Assembly: GCA_044869275.1 (NCBI GenBank)
Contig: JBIOXB010000230.1
Span: forward strand, 55,033 to 119,032
Reading direction: 5' to 3'
Source of the DNA: a bacterium
GTDB taxonomy: Bacteria > Zhuqueibacterota > Zhuqueibacteria > Zhuqueibacterales > Zhuqueibacteraceae
Length of the DNA: 64,000 bases
Numbering within the stretch: the first letter of the stretch is position 1; each line of letters begins with the position of its first letter. This document shows positions 9,420-18,984 of this stretch, one piece after another. The notes beneath the pieces were generated by a model that made no database searches, was not told the origin of the DNA, and saw nothing but the letters and a program-made list of their open reading frames with translations. Made by a program: the position numbers and the translations under genes.

Positions 9420-10644
9420 GTGCTCTTTCAGTGTGCAAACGGGACAGGAGCTGGTGATAATCATGTATCGTGCGTCGCGCAATCGTCTCCCATGAAAGCT
9501 CGGTCTGCGCCCAGGCATAAGCTTCGCGGCCCATGGCACGGCGCTTGGCGTCATTTGCCAAGAGGCCAACGATTTCCCGGGCGAACGCGTCGTCATCGCC
9601 GGCGTGAACCAAAACGCCGGTTTCTCCCTCCACGATGCTTTCACCAAGATCGCCCACCTCAAAGGCGACAACGGGCTTGCCAAAGGCGTAGGCGAGCGGA
9701 ATGACCCCACTCTGGCTCGCTTCCTCGTAAGGCAAAATAACCAATGCGCTCCGTCGCAGGAAATACTCGACTTCGTCGTCGCCAACATAGCGCTCATGAA
9801 CCTCCACGCCCGGCGTCGATTTCAGCAGTTCCACGGCCGATCGGACCTTTTCAGCTTCCCTCCTGGCAGGCAGCTTTGTTCTCTTGCCCGCCACGATAAA
9901 TCTTGCCGCCGGGAATAGCGCGTGCACCTTTCGCACGATGGCGGAAAGGCGATAAATGCCCTTGTTCGGGCGCAATTCACCAAAGAACAAAATGCTATTC
10001 TCCTCCTCCGTAACCGAAGTATGGCGTCTTTGATCGTAGATCGAGAAAATGCCGTGCCGATTGGTCGATATCCTGTCCTTTTGTATTCCGGCGTCGAGCA
10101 GGGTTTGCCGGCATTTCTCTCCATGGACGATGAGATGATCGGCGCAGCGCCAGGCAATATGCCTGGTCAAAGTGGCGAAGGCACTCCCCATCCCTGCATG
10201 TGGCCGCGGGTCGTGCTCGGTGATCATCAACGGCCAGCGGCGCCGCAGGAGCGGCCAGAGTCCGGCGCTCCATTTGCATGCATTGCCGGAGGTGTCGTGC
10301 ACCAAATCCGGATTGTCATGCTTCACCAGACGAAGGATACGGCGGTAAGCCAGCGGATTGGGCATTGGGCCAATTTTGTCCTTCTCGATGATTTCCACTT
10401 TCAACCGCGGATCAAATCGAAACCCTTCCATGTCTTTTGAAATGATCACCAGAGTAGGCAAACACTGGCCGATGGCATTCGCCAGCAAACAGCCATAATA
10501 AGCGACGCCACCCCATTGGTGTAGTGCCAGTATCGCCGCCCGGACGTGCTCTTGCGGCGGGCGCAGTGGTGCGGAAACCGCCGGCCTTTGCACAACCGTT
10601 TCATTCATCACCGCCGCCGGAATGTTGCTGCTTTGGTTTGCCAT
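9403..10644 (-). CDS. GT4 glycosyltransferase
   Basis: LFFGELRPNKG, LPYEEASQSGVIPLAYAFGKPVV..VGDLGESI. Confidence 0.9.
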   Translation of the reverse strand: MANQSSNIPAAVMNETVVQRPAVSAPLRPPQEHVRAAILALHQWGGVAYYGCLLANAIGQCLPTLVIISKDMEGFRFDPRLKVEIIEKDKIGPMPNPLAYRRILRLVKHDNPDLVHDTSGNACKWSAGLWPLLRRRWPLMITEHDPRPHAGMGSAFATLTRHIAWRCADHLIVHGEKCRQTLLDAGIQKDRISTNRHGIFSIYDQRRHTSVTEEENSILFFGELRPNKGIYRLSAIVRKVHALFPAARFIVAGKRTKLPARREAEKVRSAVELLKSTPGVEVHERYVGDDEVEYFLRRSALVILPYEEASQSGVIPLAYAFGKPVVAFEVGDLGESIVEGETGVLVHAGDDDAFAREIVGLLANDAKRRAMGREAYAWAQTELSWETIARRTIHDYHQLLSRLHTERAHGKEV

Positions 10645-10649
10645 GCTGC

Positions 10650-11768
10650 TTATTTTTCTCCCAGCAAAGCCACACTGCTGCCCAAGCCACGCAGCCCTGG
10701 AACGGCAGAAGAAAATGAATCATCCAGGTGGTTGAGCCACCAGACCGTTGACATTCGACTTGCAATCCCCAGCTTCGAGAGCGCCAGCAAAGGATAACGC
10801 GTCAAGGCGCCATGATGCACGACCTGGGCGCGACGGAAAGATTGGCGCAGCGGCTGGACGCGCACCTCGGTCATGGGCCGGCAATAAACGTTTTTTTCGC
10901 GCTTGCCAAAAACTTTCGTGCCGATCCTCCACAAGGGCGTGCGCCATGGATCCAATGCTCCGAATTTTCCGCCGGCCCGCAAGACCCGTACTATCTCCGG
11001 AAACGCCAGCGCCGTGACGGTGTGATGCATGCATGAGCCGGAATACACGACATCGAACGATTCGGCGGTAAAGGGGAGCTCTTCAGCAACAGCGACAACG
11101 CTGCGCAGGCGATTCCCCAGGCCCGCTGCCCGCGCCAAAGCAAGCGCGCACTGTGCTTCACCCAGCATCGGTGTCGCCACCCAGGCTTCTGCCGCGCCCG
11201 CGAGCAGGAACTTGGCGGCGTGTATGCCTTTTCCCCCAAGCTGCAGGACACGCTTGCCCGGCATGGGCGCAACGTGCGCATAGGCATCCCATTGCGCCGC
11301 ACAATCATAGGTTGCGTCCAACCAAACGTGGCGTGGATGGGGAAACGAGGCAAGCTCCTGCGCGGAAGCGTGCATCACCGGCTCGACACATTTGTAAGTC
11401 TGTGAGACTTTTATGTTCTCGACCTCACGCGTGGCCACCTCGTTGTAATGCGTCATTTCCTCGTAAGCCTCGGCATACTTCGGATCCGACAAATCAAAAC
11501 TGCCAGGCTCTGCAGCAGCGGTCAACCTCTCGGGTACCATAAGGATGGGAATACCTTCAACGATGGGATATGCGCACATGCGGTCTTCACGCAGGAGCAC
11601 CAAGGGAGTTGAGCCGAAAGGTTTTGCTCCCGCAGAAGCGCGAGGGGCGAAATGAGCTCCGCCCGGCAGCATGCGCTCCGCTTCTTTCAGCGGATGGGAA
11701 ACGACTTTTTGCTTGGTCTCCGGGCAGGCGAGAATTTCAAAGCCTTCCCAACGTTGTGGTGCGTGCAT
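10650..11768 (-). CDS. Trm112-like N-terminal domain fused to a class I SAM-dependent methyltransferase
   Basis: LACPETKQ...AYPIVEGIPIL (Trm112-like); AEELPFTAESFDVVYS, MHH, EIVRVLRAGG (Methyltransf_11-like). Confidence 0.75.
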   Translation of the reverse strand: MHAPQRWEGFEILACPETKQKVVSHPLKEAERMLPGGAHFAPRASAGAKPFGSTPLVLLREDRMCAYPIVEGIPILMVPERLTAAAEPGSFDLSDPKYAEAYEEMTHYNEVATREVENIKVSQTYKCVEPVMHASAQELASFPHPRHVWLDATYDCAAQWDAYAHVAPMPGKRVLQLGGKGIHAAKFLLAGAAEAWVATPMLGEAQCALALARAAGLGNRLRSVVAVAEELPFTAESFDVVYSGSCMHHTVTALAFPEIVRVLRAGGKFGALDPWRTPLWRIGTKVFGKREKNVYCRPMTEVRVQPLRQSFRRAQVVHHGALTRYPLLALSKLGIASRMSTVWWLNHLDDSFSSAVPGLRGLGSSVALLGEK

Positions 11769-11856
11769 AAATTATTGGTACCGTTTCTGGCAAAGTGAGT
11801 AGTACGCTGTCATCTGAATTCATGCAACCACTTGACTATGTCATTCAGAAGGAATC

Positions 11857-11986
11857 AGCCTGTGTGAAAACTTGAGAATGCCGCACCCTGAGCTTGTCGA
11901 AGGGAGCTTGTCGAAGGGTGCTAAGCTCAATAATCCGGCTTCGACCAGCTCAGCCGGCGTTGAAACCAAGCGTTTTCACACAGTAT
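11857..11986. mobile_element. MITE-like element with terminal inverted repeats enclosing CTGAGCTTGTCGAAGG-type REP motifs
   Basis: CTGTGTGAAAAC (11860-11871) / GTTTTCACACAG (11972-11983); GAATC on both flanks; internal GAGCTTGTCGAAGG x2 and inverted CTTCGACCAGCTCAG. Confidence 0.6.
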
Positions 11987-12021
11987 GAATCTTGTGCAGC
12001 ATAAGCACAGTGCTTGATTCA

Positions 12022-12049
12022 ACCAAGATCCCGCAACGGCGGGATGACA
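12022..12049. repeat. REP-like palindromic repeat (GTCATCCCGC family)
   Basis: Exact reverse complement of 38770-38797. Confidence 0.8.
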
Positions 12050-12149
12050 CCACTGAAGGTATGGCAATTAATGAAGATGCTGTGCCATGCTGCTTTGCGT
12101 GCACTCCCCGTGTTCAAGCGGAAGTGATGAAGACCAATTTTCATTGCGC

Positions 12150-13772
12150 TCACACATATCCCAACATTTGCAGGCGGCGCTCGATCTCATTTTGTTCTTC
12201 GGTGGAAAGCCGCACTTCTTCGGGCACCGCAGTGGCAGCGCCGTCGTATGTAATTTTTTTCGAGAAGCCGGCCTTGAACCATGCGCTGGCGACGCGGCCG
12301 TCGCAGTATTCCGGCACCGGCAGCCCCATCCAATGCAACAGCGTGGGCATCACGTCTTGCAAACCGGCTTCCGGCCCTTGACACAATTCCGACCGTTGCA
12401 CGCCGGCACCATTCACGACGAAAATGCCTTCACTCGCGTGCGTGCCGGTATGAAAATCATTTTCCGCGACCGGGTGCAACCAAAGGCGATCTTGGAAATA
12501 GGTTTTGGAAGCAAACGTGTAGCCGGGCGTGGGCTCGACCACGACGTCGGGCATGCGCTCGCAGGCCTCACCGTGATAGCATTGCTCACGGCGATGGATC
12601 TGCCGCACGACGGGCATCCCGTTTTCAGGATCTTTCCATGCCCGCAAGGCCTTTTCCAATTCCGCGAAATCCTGCGCGGCGGCATGCGGACCGGCATAGA
12701 GATAGCCCCAAAAAGCGCTGACGGCGAAGTAACGCGAGCGCTGTTCATCGATACGCCCGGCGCGCACGGCTCGGCCCAACGCATGGCGTTGCGTTTTGGT
12801 GAGCATGTGGCCGCGCAGCTTCCACATATCCAGCTTGCGCACGAGCTCGACCCAGCGCCTCCAGGAGGTCCTTTTCATTTTCGCCGGGGTCAGGAAACTG
12901 TGAGCGTACAACCAGTGATTCAGCTCGGCACGTTTGGCATGACGCTGAAAACCGTGATCCGAAAGAATAAGGATCAACGCATCTTCACCCAAGACTGCGC
13001 GCACTTTGGCGAACAGACGGCCCAGGCTTTCGTCCAGCGGCGCAAAAAAATGGCGTATGACTTCGGCGTGCAAATCCGGAAGAAAAGCAGGATGAGAGGC
13101 ATCCAGATATTTCCACAAGGGATGCTGCAGGAAATCCACGCACTGCAGTTGCAGAAGGCTGAAATCCCACTTTTCTTTCTCGAGCAGATACAGCATCGTC
13201 TCCACGCGCGTATCCAGAAAACGCCGCATCAGCCGCAAGAATTCGTTGACTTTGGCATGTACATGCGAATCCTCCTCCTCCTCCTTGAGCAAAAGCCATT
13301 TTTCACCGAGATGCCGCTCGACTTCGCCGAGCAATTCGCGCGGGTGGGTGAAAACCGTATCCCGGCCGGGCGTCATTAGGCCGCTGACGAGCACGCCGTT
13401 GACCGCCGGCGGCGGATAAGTCACGGGCAAATCCACCACCGCCACCCGCTTACCGTGCTGGCTCAGCAACTGCCAAAGTGTGGGCACGCGCAGGGAAGTG
13501 GCATTCACGTAAAACGCGCTCTGGGTTTGGCGATCGTAGCCTTGAAAATCAAATATGCCGTGCTTGCCGGGATTGCAACCGGTCATGAAAGTGCTCCACG
13601 CCGCGGGCGTAATCGGCGGAATGGTGGAATGCATCACGCCGCTGCAGCCCGCTTCCGCCAAAGCGGCCAGCTGAGGCATATGGCCGGCCTGCATCAAAGG
13701 CTGCAGAATGGACCACGTTCCGCCATCGAGGCCGAGGCAGAAAACGCGGCGGGGGTTTTCGTCATGATTCAT
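12150..13772 (-). CDS. Alkaline phosphatase superfamily protein (COG3379-like)
   Basis: LGLDGGTW, STIPPITPAAWSTFMTGCNPGKHG, LSDHGF, TGTHASEG, QDVMPTLL; ends RLQMLGYV. Confidence 0.88.
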   Translation of the reverse strand: MNHDENPRRVFCLGLDGGTWSILQPLMQAGHMPQLAALAEAGCSGVMHSTIPPITPAAWSTFMTGCNPGKHGIFDFQGYDRQTQSAFYVNATSLRVPTLWQLLSQHGKRVAVVDLPVTYPPPAVNGVLVSGLMTPGRDTVFTHPRELLGEVERHLGEKWLLLKEEEEDSHVHAKVNEFLRLMRRFLDTRVETMLYLLEKEKWDFSLLQLQCVDFLQHPLWKYLDASHPAFLPDLHAEVIRHFFAPLDESLGRLFAKVRAVLGEDALILILSDHGFQRHAKRAELNHWLYAHSFLTPAKMKRTSWRRWVELVRKLDMWKLRGHMLTKTQRHALGRAVRAGRIDEQRSRYFAVSAFWGYLYAGPHAAAQDFAELEKALRAWKDPENGMPVVRQIHRREQCYHGEACERMPDVVVEPTPGYTFASKTYFQDRLWLHPVAENDFHTGTHASEGIFVVNGAGVQRSELCQGPEAGLQDVMPTLLHWMGLPVPEYCDGRVASAWFKAGFSKKITYDGAATAVPEEVRLSTEEQNEIERRLQMLGYV

Positions 13773-13799
13773 GATTTGTTGGCAACGAGCACATGCCAT

Positions 13800-13961
13800 T
13801 TAGAAAAGTGTATAAATAAACGGCGCCAACGCCGAGCCTTGAGTCAGCACGATCAACAAGCCCAGCATGAGCAGAACGAACATGATCGGTGCCAGCCACC
13901 ATTTTTTGCGCACGCGCATGAAGCTCCAAAACTCGCCAATAATCGAGATTTTGCCCATCAT
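13800..13961 (-). CDS. Small membrane protein, SxtK-like / DUF5989 family
   Basis: MMGKISIIGEFWSFMRVRKKWWLAPI...QGSALAPFIYTLF; AGGAG upstream. Confidence 0.85.
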   Translation of the reverse strand: MMGKISIIGEFWSFMRVRKKWWLAPIMFVLLMLGLLIVLTQGSALAPFIYTLF

Positions 13962-13975
13962 ATTCTCCTGATATA

Positions 13976-14392
13976 TCAGAACATATTTTCCGCAGAGCGC
14001 GGCTGAAAAGGCGTTGCCGGTCGTTTCACCCAATAGGTTGCAGCGCTTTTGTTCCAGCGCTCGCCAAGCAGATCCTTACCCAAAAGTTTTGCGATCACCG
14101 CAATCGGAGTAAACATGCCGATATAAAGAACCGTCAAAATCACTCGTGTCATAATGAACCCCATGACCACGGCAAAAGACATCCACACTTTGTAAATCGG
14201 CTTAAGTAGAATGGGAAGCACCAATCCCAGAGCAGCGAAGCCGGCGCCGGCGTATGCCAAAGACAAAAAGCCTGGCCTTTGTTTCCACAAAAGGAGCCCG
14301 GCAATTGCCAGCAGAAAAGCTCCAATCGTCAAGCCAAACTTGCGCGCTTCTTTCGTCGTGGCTTTGATGCTTTTAATTTCTTCGAGAACCAT
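13976..14392 (-). CDS. SxtJ-family membrane protein
   Basis: RKFGL, P.LLKPIYKVWM.FA..MG, TPI...LGKDLL, TYW; lies between the carbamoyltransferase and the DUF5989 gene. Confidence 0.85.
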   Translation of the reverse strand: MVLEEIKSIKATTKEARKFGLTIGAFLLAIAGLLLWKQRPGFLSLAYAGAGFAALGLVLPILLKPIYKVWMSFAVVMGFIMTRVILTVLYIGMFTPIAVIAKLLGKDLLGERWNKSAATYWVKRPATPFQPRSAENMF

Positions 14393-14453
14393 GAGTCATT
14401 AATCCAGGGTTACAATTGGTTACACACTTATCGCCGCATGCCCGATACTCTCC

Positions 14454-14488
14454 AGCATCGAGGATCGAGCATCAAGCATCCGGCATCA
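14454..14488. repeat. Heptamer tandem array
   Basis: AGCATCG AGGATCG AGCATCA AGCATCC GGCATCA. Confidence 0.7.
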
Positions 14489-16300
14489 ATCCAACTCAAA
14501 TTCCTTTTGCCAATCGACATCGTGCTCTAGAGCTTTTTGTTCCTTCTTGTCGAGCAGATAATTGCCCATGATCAAATAATCCATGTGGGTGCGCATGAAA
14601 CAGGTGAAAGCATTTTCTGGTGTGCACACAATAGGCTCGCCACGAACATTAAATGAGGTGTTGATGATTACCGGGCATCCGGTTTTATCACGAAACGCTC
14701 TAATGATTTCATAGTACAGTGGATGATCTTCTTTATGCACGGTTTGAATGCGCGCGGAATAATCCACATGAGTCACTGCCGGAAGAGTGGAACGGACCAT
14801 TTTCAGTTTCTCAATACCCCATTCCCCGTTTTGCATCCGCCCCGTTCGCCACTTTTCCAAAACCGGTGCGACCAACAGCATGTACGGACTTTCGCGATCA
14901 AGCTGAAAATAATCGGCAACGTGTTCCGCCAAAACCGAAGGTGCAAAAGGCCTAAAACTTTCCCGAAATTTGATCTTCAAGTTCATGATCGATTGCATTT
15001 TGGGTGAGCGGGCGTCTCCAATGATGCTGCGGCTTCCGAGTGCGCGCGGGCCGAATTCCATGCGTCCTTGAAACCAGCCGATGACGTGTTCCTGTGCCAG
15101 CAAATCCGCAATCGTGGCCGGGATCTCTGCGTCAGATAGCTTGCGGTAAGGAATTTTTCTTGGCTCTAAAAATGCCTCGATCTGTTCAGGATCGTACTTC
15201 GGGCCTAGATACGAGCCCCGTTGAAAGTCGCGGCGATCCTGGCGCGTTTGGCGGGGTTTGCCGAGATAGCGGTACCAAGTGTAGAGCGCTGCACCGAGCG
15301 CGCCACCGGCATCGCCCGCCGCCGGCTGAATCCATATATCTTCAAATGGCCCTTCACGCAAAATACGGCCGTTGCCAACGCAGTTGAGCGCTACGCCGCC
15401 TGCCAGCACGAGATATTTCATTTTCGTCTCTTGATGAACGTGCCGCGCCATGCGCAACATGATTTCTTCCGTCACCTCCTGAATCGAGCGGGCCAGATCC
15501 ATTTCGCGCTGTGTAAGCTTGCTCTCCGGCTTGCGCGCCTGGCCGCCGAAGAGTTCGGCAAACCGATCGTTCGTCATGGTCAAGCCGGCACAGTAGTCGA
15601 AATACTTCATGTTCATTTTGAACGAGCCGTCATCTTTGAGATCGATCAACTCCTTGAGAATGACATCAACATATTTTGGCTCGCCATAAGGTGCCAGGCC
15701 CATGACTTTATATTCGCCGGAATTGACCTTGAATCCGGTAAAATAGGTGAAGGCCGAATACAGCAGCCCAAGCGAGTGCGGAAATTTGAGCTCCGCCAGC
15801 AGCTCGAATTCATTGCCACGACCAACTCCATAGCTGGAAGTGCACCATTCGCCTACGCCATCGATGGTCAAGATCGCGGCTTCTTGATAAGGAGAAGGAT
15901 AGAAAGCTGAAGCCGCGTGGGATTCATGGTGCTCCGGAAAAATAATCTGGCCTTCGAAACCAAGTTCATTCTTGAGGTATTCCTTTATCCATAACTTGCT
16001 CTTGAGCCACAACGGCATTGCCATGATGAAAGATTTGAGGCCTCGAGGCGCATAAGCAAGGTAGGTCGTCAGCAAGCGCTCGAATTTTATGAAAGGTTTG
16101 TCATAAAATGCGACGTAGTCCAGCTGGGCGGCCCCGACATGGCCTTCTTTCAAACAATACTCAACGGCGTGCGCGGGAAAACTGAAATCGTGTTTTTTGC
16201 GCGTGAATCTTTCTTCCTGCGCCGCAGCGATAATTTCTCCGTCGCGCACCAAACAGGCCGCGCTATCGTGATAAAATGCGGAGATACCCAGAATCTGCAT
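14486..16300 (-). CDS. O-carbamoyltransferase (NodU/CmcH/SxtI family)
   Basis: ILGISAFYHDSAA, EHHESHAASAF, DGVGE, GEYKVMGLAPYG, AGGVALNC, GRMEFGPRALG.RS, RESFRPFAP, NTSFNVRGEPIV. Confidence 0.95.
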   Translation of the reverse strand: MQILGISAFYHDSAACLVRDGEIIAAAQEERFTRKKHDFSFPAHAVEYCLKEGHVGAAQLDYVAFYDKPFIKFERLLTTYLAYAPRGLKSFIMAMPLWLKSKLWIKEYLKNELGFEGQIIFPEHHESHAASAFYPSPYQEAAILTIDGVGEWCTSSYGVGRGNEFELLAELKFPHSLGLLYSAFTYFTGFKVNSGEYKVMGLAPYGEPKYVDVILKELIDLKDDGSFKMNMKYFDYCAGLTMTNDRFAELFGGQARKPESKLTQREMDLARSIQEVTEEIMLRMARHVHQETKMKYLVLAGGVALNCVGNGRILREGPFEDIWIQPAAGDAGGALGAALYTWYRYLGKPRQTRQDRRDFQRGSYLGPKYDPEQIEAFLEPRKIPYRKLSDAEIPATIADLLAQEHVIGWFQGRMEFGPRALGSRSIIGDARSPKMQSIMNLKIKFRESFRPFAPSVLAEHVADYFQLDRESPYMLLVAPVLEKWRTGRMQNGEWGIEKLKMVRSTLPAVTHVDYSARIQTVHKEDHPLYYEIIRAFRDKTGCPVIINTSFNVRGEPIVCTPENAFTCFMRTHMDYLIMGNYLLDKKEQKALEHDVDWQKEFELD

Positions 16301-16377
16301 GATGCAACTCCAGACTGGTAACAATGTAGATGGCAAAATACGACTGAAGCTTTCTTTGCGCCGCTATGGTTCCCGAA

Positions 16378-17907
16378 TCAGAACTTTTTCATTAGCTTGG
16401 CCGTCCACTTCACAAACATCACGCGATCTTCCTGCTCCAAACTGAAAAGCAAAGTTCCAGCCGTAAAAACACCGAATAAAATTCCCCCTTTCACAAAAAT
16501 GCCCAATGGCGTTGCCAGCCAGGCCAGCATTGCCGCAAGCGCACCAACGCAAAGCAGCTTCCCCGTCACCCATGTGTAAGGAAGCACACCGAGAAAATGC
16601 CGCAAGGTGATCAATCTGCCTAGATTGAGCACGATCACTCCGGCCCCGGTTCCGCAGGCCGCACCCACCGCGCCCCATGTCGGAATGAGAATGAAATTCA
16701 AGCCCACCGTCAGCAAGGCGGCGGCAATCACCAAAGCCAGGCCCGCGCGCTCGCGCCCGATCATCTGCAGAAACTGGCCTGCCGGGCCGACGGCGGCATC
16801 GATGAAAGAAGCAGCAGTGACCAGCATCAAAACCGGCAGCGCAGAATCGAATTCCTTGCCGAAAATCTGCAGCAGCTCACGGCCGAATGAGACGCACACC
16901 AAACAGACGGGCAACGTCGCCAGCATCGACCAGCGTACCACGGTGCGATAATGGTGCACGATGGTGGGGCGGTCGTTACGCGCGAAAGCTTCGGCGATGG
17001 CGGTACTGAACATGGGCACGAAAGAACCCATGGCCATGGTTTGAAATGCGGCCAGGCGTTGGGCCGCGTGATACAAGCCGACCTGCGCCATTTGGCTGAA
17101 CGCGCCGAGCAGCATCCGGTCGCCTTGATTCATCAAGGTCACGAGCAAACGATTGAACCAGATGGGAAGGGCAAAGCGCCGGATTTCCCTGCCCAGAGCA
17201 TGATCGGGCGCAACGTGCGGGACGGATTTAAAAGAACGATAGACGCGCATGCCGCCATAACACGAGGCCACCACCGTGCTGCCCCAAAACGCCAACCAAG
17301 CATTCTGCAATGTCGGCGTGCTCACCAGAAAAGCGCACGCGCACAACACTAGAAAGAGCGCTGGATGTGCGACTTCTTTCATAACCGCTTCCGCCGTGGC
17401 CGCGCGCAAGCCGCGCATAGCAAAACCGAGCCAATTCAATCCACTGAGGAAAGGCACCACCATTCCCACCCAAAACAAGACCGGCGCCATCTCCGGCTTT
17501 TGAAAAATCACAGTTGCCATCGGCTCGCGCACTAGGATGATCAGGAGCCCGAGCGCCATGGACATGCAGACCACGCGAGGCAGCGCGAAGTGCATTACGC
17601 CGCGCACGATTTCGGGCCGCTGTTGCGCCCGCCCCATTGCCAGATAGCGCGCCGTAGCCTGGTGCAAACCGGCCTGGCTGAACGCCGTCAGAAAACTCAA
17701 AATCGCCTGCCCGAGGGTGAAGGCGCCGAATGCGGCCAGGCCCAGCGTGTTTGAGAGCAGGGCTTGCGCGGCGAAATTCAACCACCTGCCGATCATCGTG
17801 CTGATGAAAACGGCCCCGCCGCTCTTGGCCAGGGCCGCGTTTTTCATGTGGCCATTGGCGTTGGTGATATTGGCAGCAACAGGTTTCGCTGGCGAAGCTT
17901 CTGTCAT
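16378..17907 (-). CDS. wzx: Wzx-type flippase (MOP/MATE superfamily)
   Basis: About 12-14 TM segments; DRMLLG, VGLYHAAQR, LNFILIPTWGAVGAA. Confidence 0.85.
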   Translation of the reverse strand: MTEASPAKPVAANITNANGHMKNAALAKSGGAVFISTMIGRWLNFAAQALLSNTLGLAAFGAFTLGQAILSFLTAFSQAGLHQATARYLAMGRAQQRPEIVRGVMHFALPRVVCMSMALGLLIILVREPMATVIFQKPEMAPVLFWVGMVVPFLSGLNWLGFAMRGLRAATAEAVMKEVAHPALFLVLCACAFLVSTPTLQNAWLAFWGSTVVASCYGGMRVYRSFKSVPHVAPDHALGREIRRFALPIWFNRLLVTLMNQGDRMLLGAFSQMAQVGLYHAAQRLAAFQTMAMGSFVPMFSTAIAEAFARNDRPTIVHHYRTVVRWSMLATLPVCLVCVSFGRELLQIFGKEFDSALPVLMLVTAASFIDAAVGPAGQFLQMIGRERAGLALVIAAALLTVGLNFILIPTWGAVGAACGTGAGVIVLNLGRLITLRHFLGVLPYTWVTGKLLCVGALAAMLAWLATPLGIFVKGGILFGVFTAGTLLFSLEQEDRVMFVKWTAKLMKKF

Positions 17908-18030
17908 CAGCACAGTTTCTTTCAGAGTTGGCTAGCACTACAACTTTAAGTGAACGCCACCACCAGGAATGTCCTCCCGAGGTTTCGGGATGACAGGGCT
18001 GAAACGTGCACATGGAAAACTGCCAGAGCA

Positions 18031-18984
18031 CTAAAGCCGTGCATCCGCTTCGGCCTTGTTGGCTTCGTACCAGGTGATCGTCTTCGCCAGTCCCTCGCGC
18101 AGCGAAGTCGGTGGTTGCCAGTTCAGCACGCTCTTCATCTTCTCGACGGCCAGCACTTTTTTGTATTGGCCGTCAGGCTTAGCGCTGTTCCAGCGGATCT
18201 CGCCGCGATAACCACTGGCCTCTTGCATGGCTTCCGCCAGCTCGCGAATGCTGGTGCCCACGCCCGTGCCGATATTCATCGGCGCCAGATCGTGATATCT
18301 TTCTGCTGCCAGTAAAATGCCTTCGGCACAATCATCGACATAAAGAAACTCGCGTACCGGCTTGCCGGTACCCCACACCTCGACGCTGGCGGCATTTTGC
18401 CTCTTGGCTTCGACGAATTTTCGCACCAACGCCGCGGCCACATGCGAGCGATCAGGATGGAACGTGTCGCGCGGCCCGTAGAGGTTGGTGAGAATGAGAT
18501 GGATGCTGTTCAAGCCAAACTGCTTCTGATAGGCCGCTCCCTGAATGCTCATGATTTTTTTGGTGATGCCATAATTCACCACGGTTTCATGCGGCAGCCC
18601 GCGCCACAAATCCTCTTCCGCCAACTCGTCTTCCAGATCTCCGGGATAGGAGCAGGCCGTGCCCACTTGCACGACTTTTTCCACACCGCACTTGCGCGCC
18701 GCTTCCATGACGTTCGCGCCCATCAACAAATTCTCGTAATAAATGCGCGCCGGATAAAGCTGGTTGATCCAAATCCCACCGTAATAGGCCGCACAATGAA
18801 TCACGATCTGCGGCTTGAACGTGTTGAAACACTTCTCCGCCGCCTCCAGCATGATGAAATCGAATTGTTGCTTGCGAGGAACGATGACCTCGCAGCCGGC
18901 GTGCTGCAAGCGGGCAGTGATATGGCTGCCGAGAAAGCCGGCGCCACCGGTCACCAGCACGCGTTTATTTTTCCAGAAGCTCAT
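18031..18984 (-). CDS. GDP-L-fucose synthase-like NAD(P)-dependent epimerase/reductase
   Basis: VTGGAGFLG, GTACSYP, YGITKK, NLYGPRDTF..RSHV, WGTGKPVREFLYV, KPDGQ; start ATG 18984. Confidence 0.85.
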   Translation of the reverse strand: MSFWKNKRVLVTGGAGFLGSHITARLQHAGCEVIVPRKQQFDFIMLEAAEKCFNTFKPQIVIHCAAYYGGIWINQLYPARIYYENLLMGANVMEAARKCGVEKVVQVGTACSYPGDLEDELAEEDLWRGLPHETVVNYGITKKIMSIQGAAYQKQFGLNSIHLILTNLYGPRDTFHPDRSHVAAALVRKFVEAKRQNAASVEVWGTGKPVREFLYVDDCAEGILLAAERYHDLAPMNIGTGVGTSIRELAEAMQEASGYRGEIRWNSAKPDGQYKKVLAVEKMKSVLNWQPPTSLREGLAKTITWYEANKAEADARL

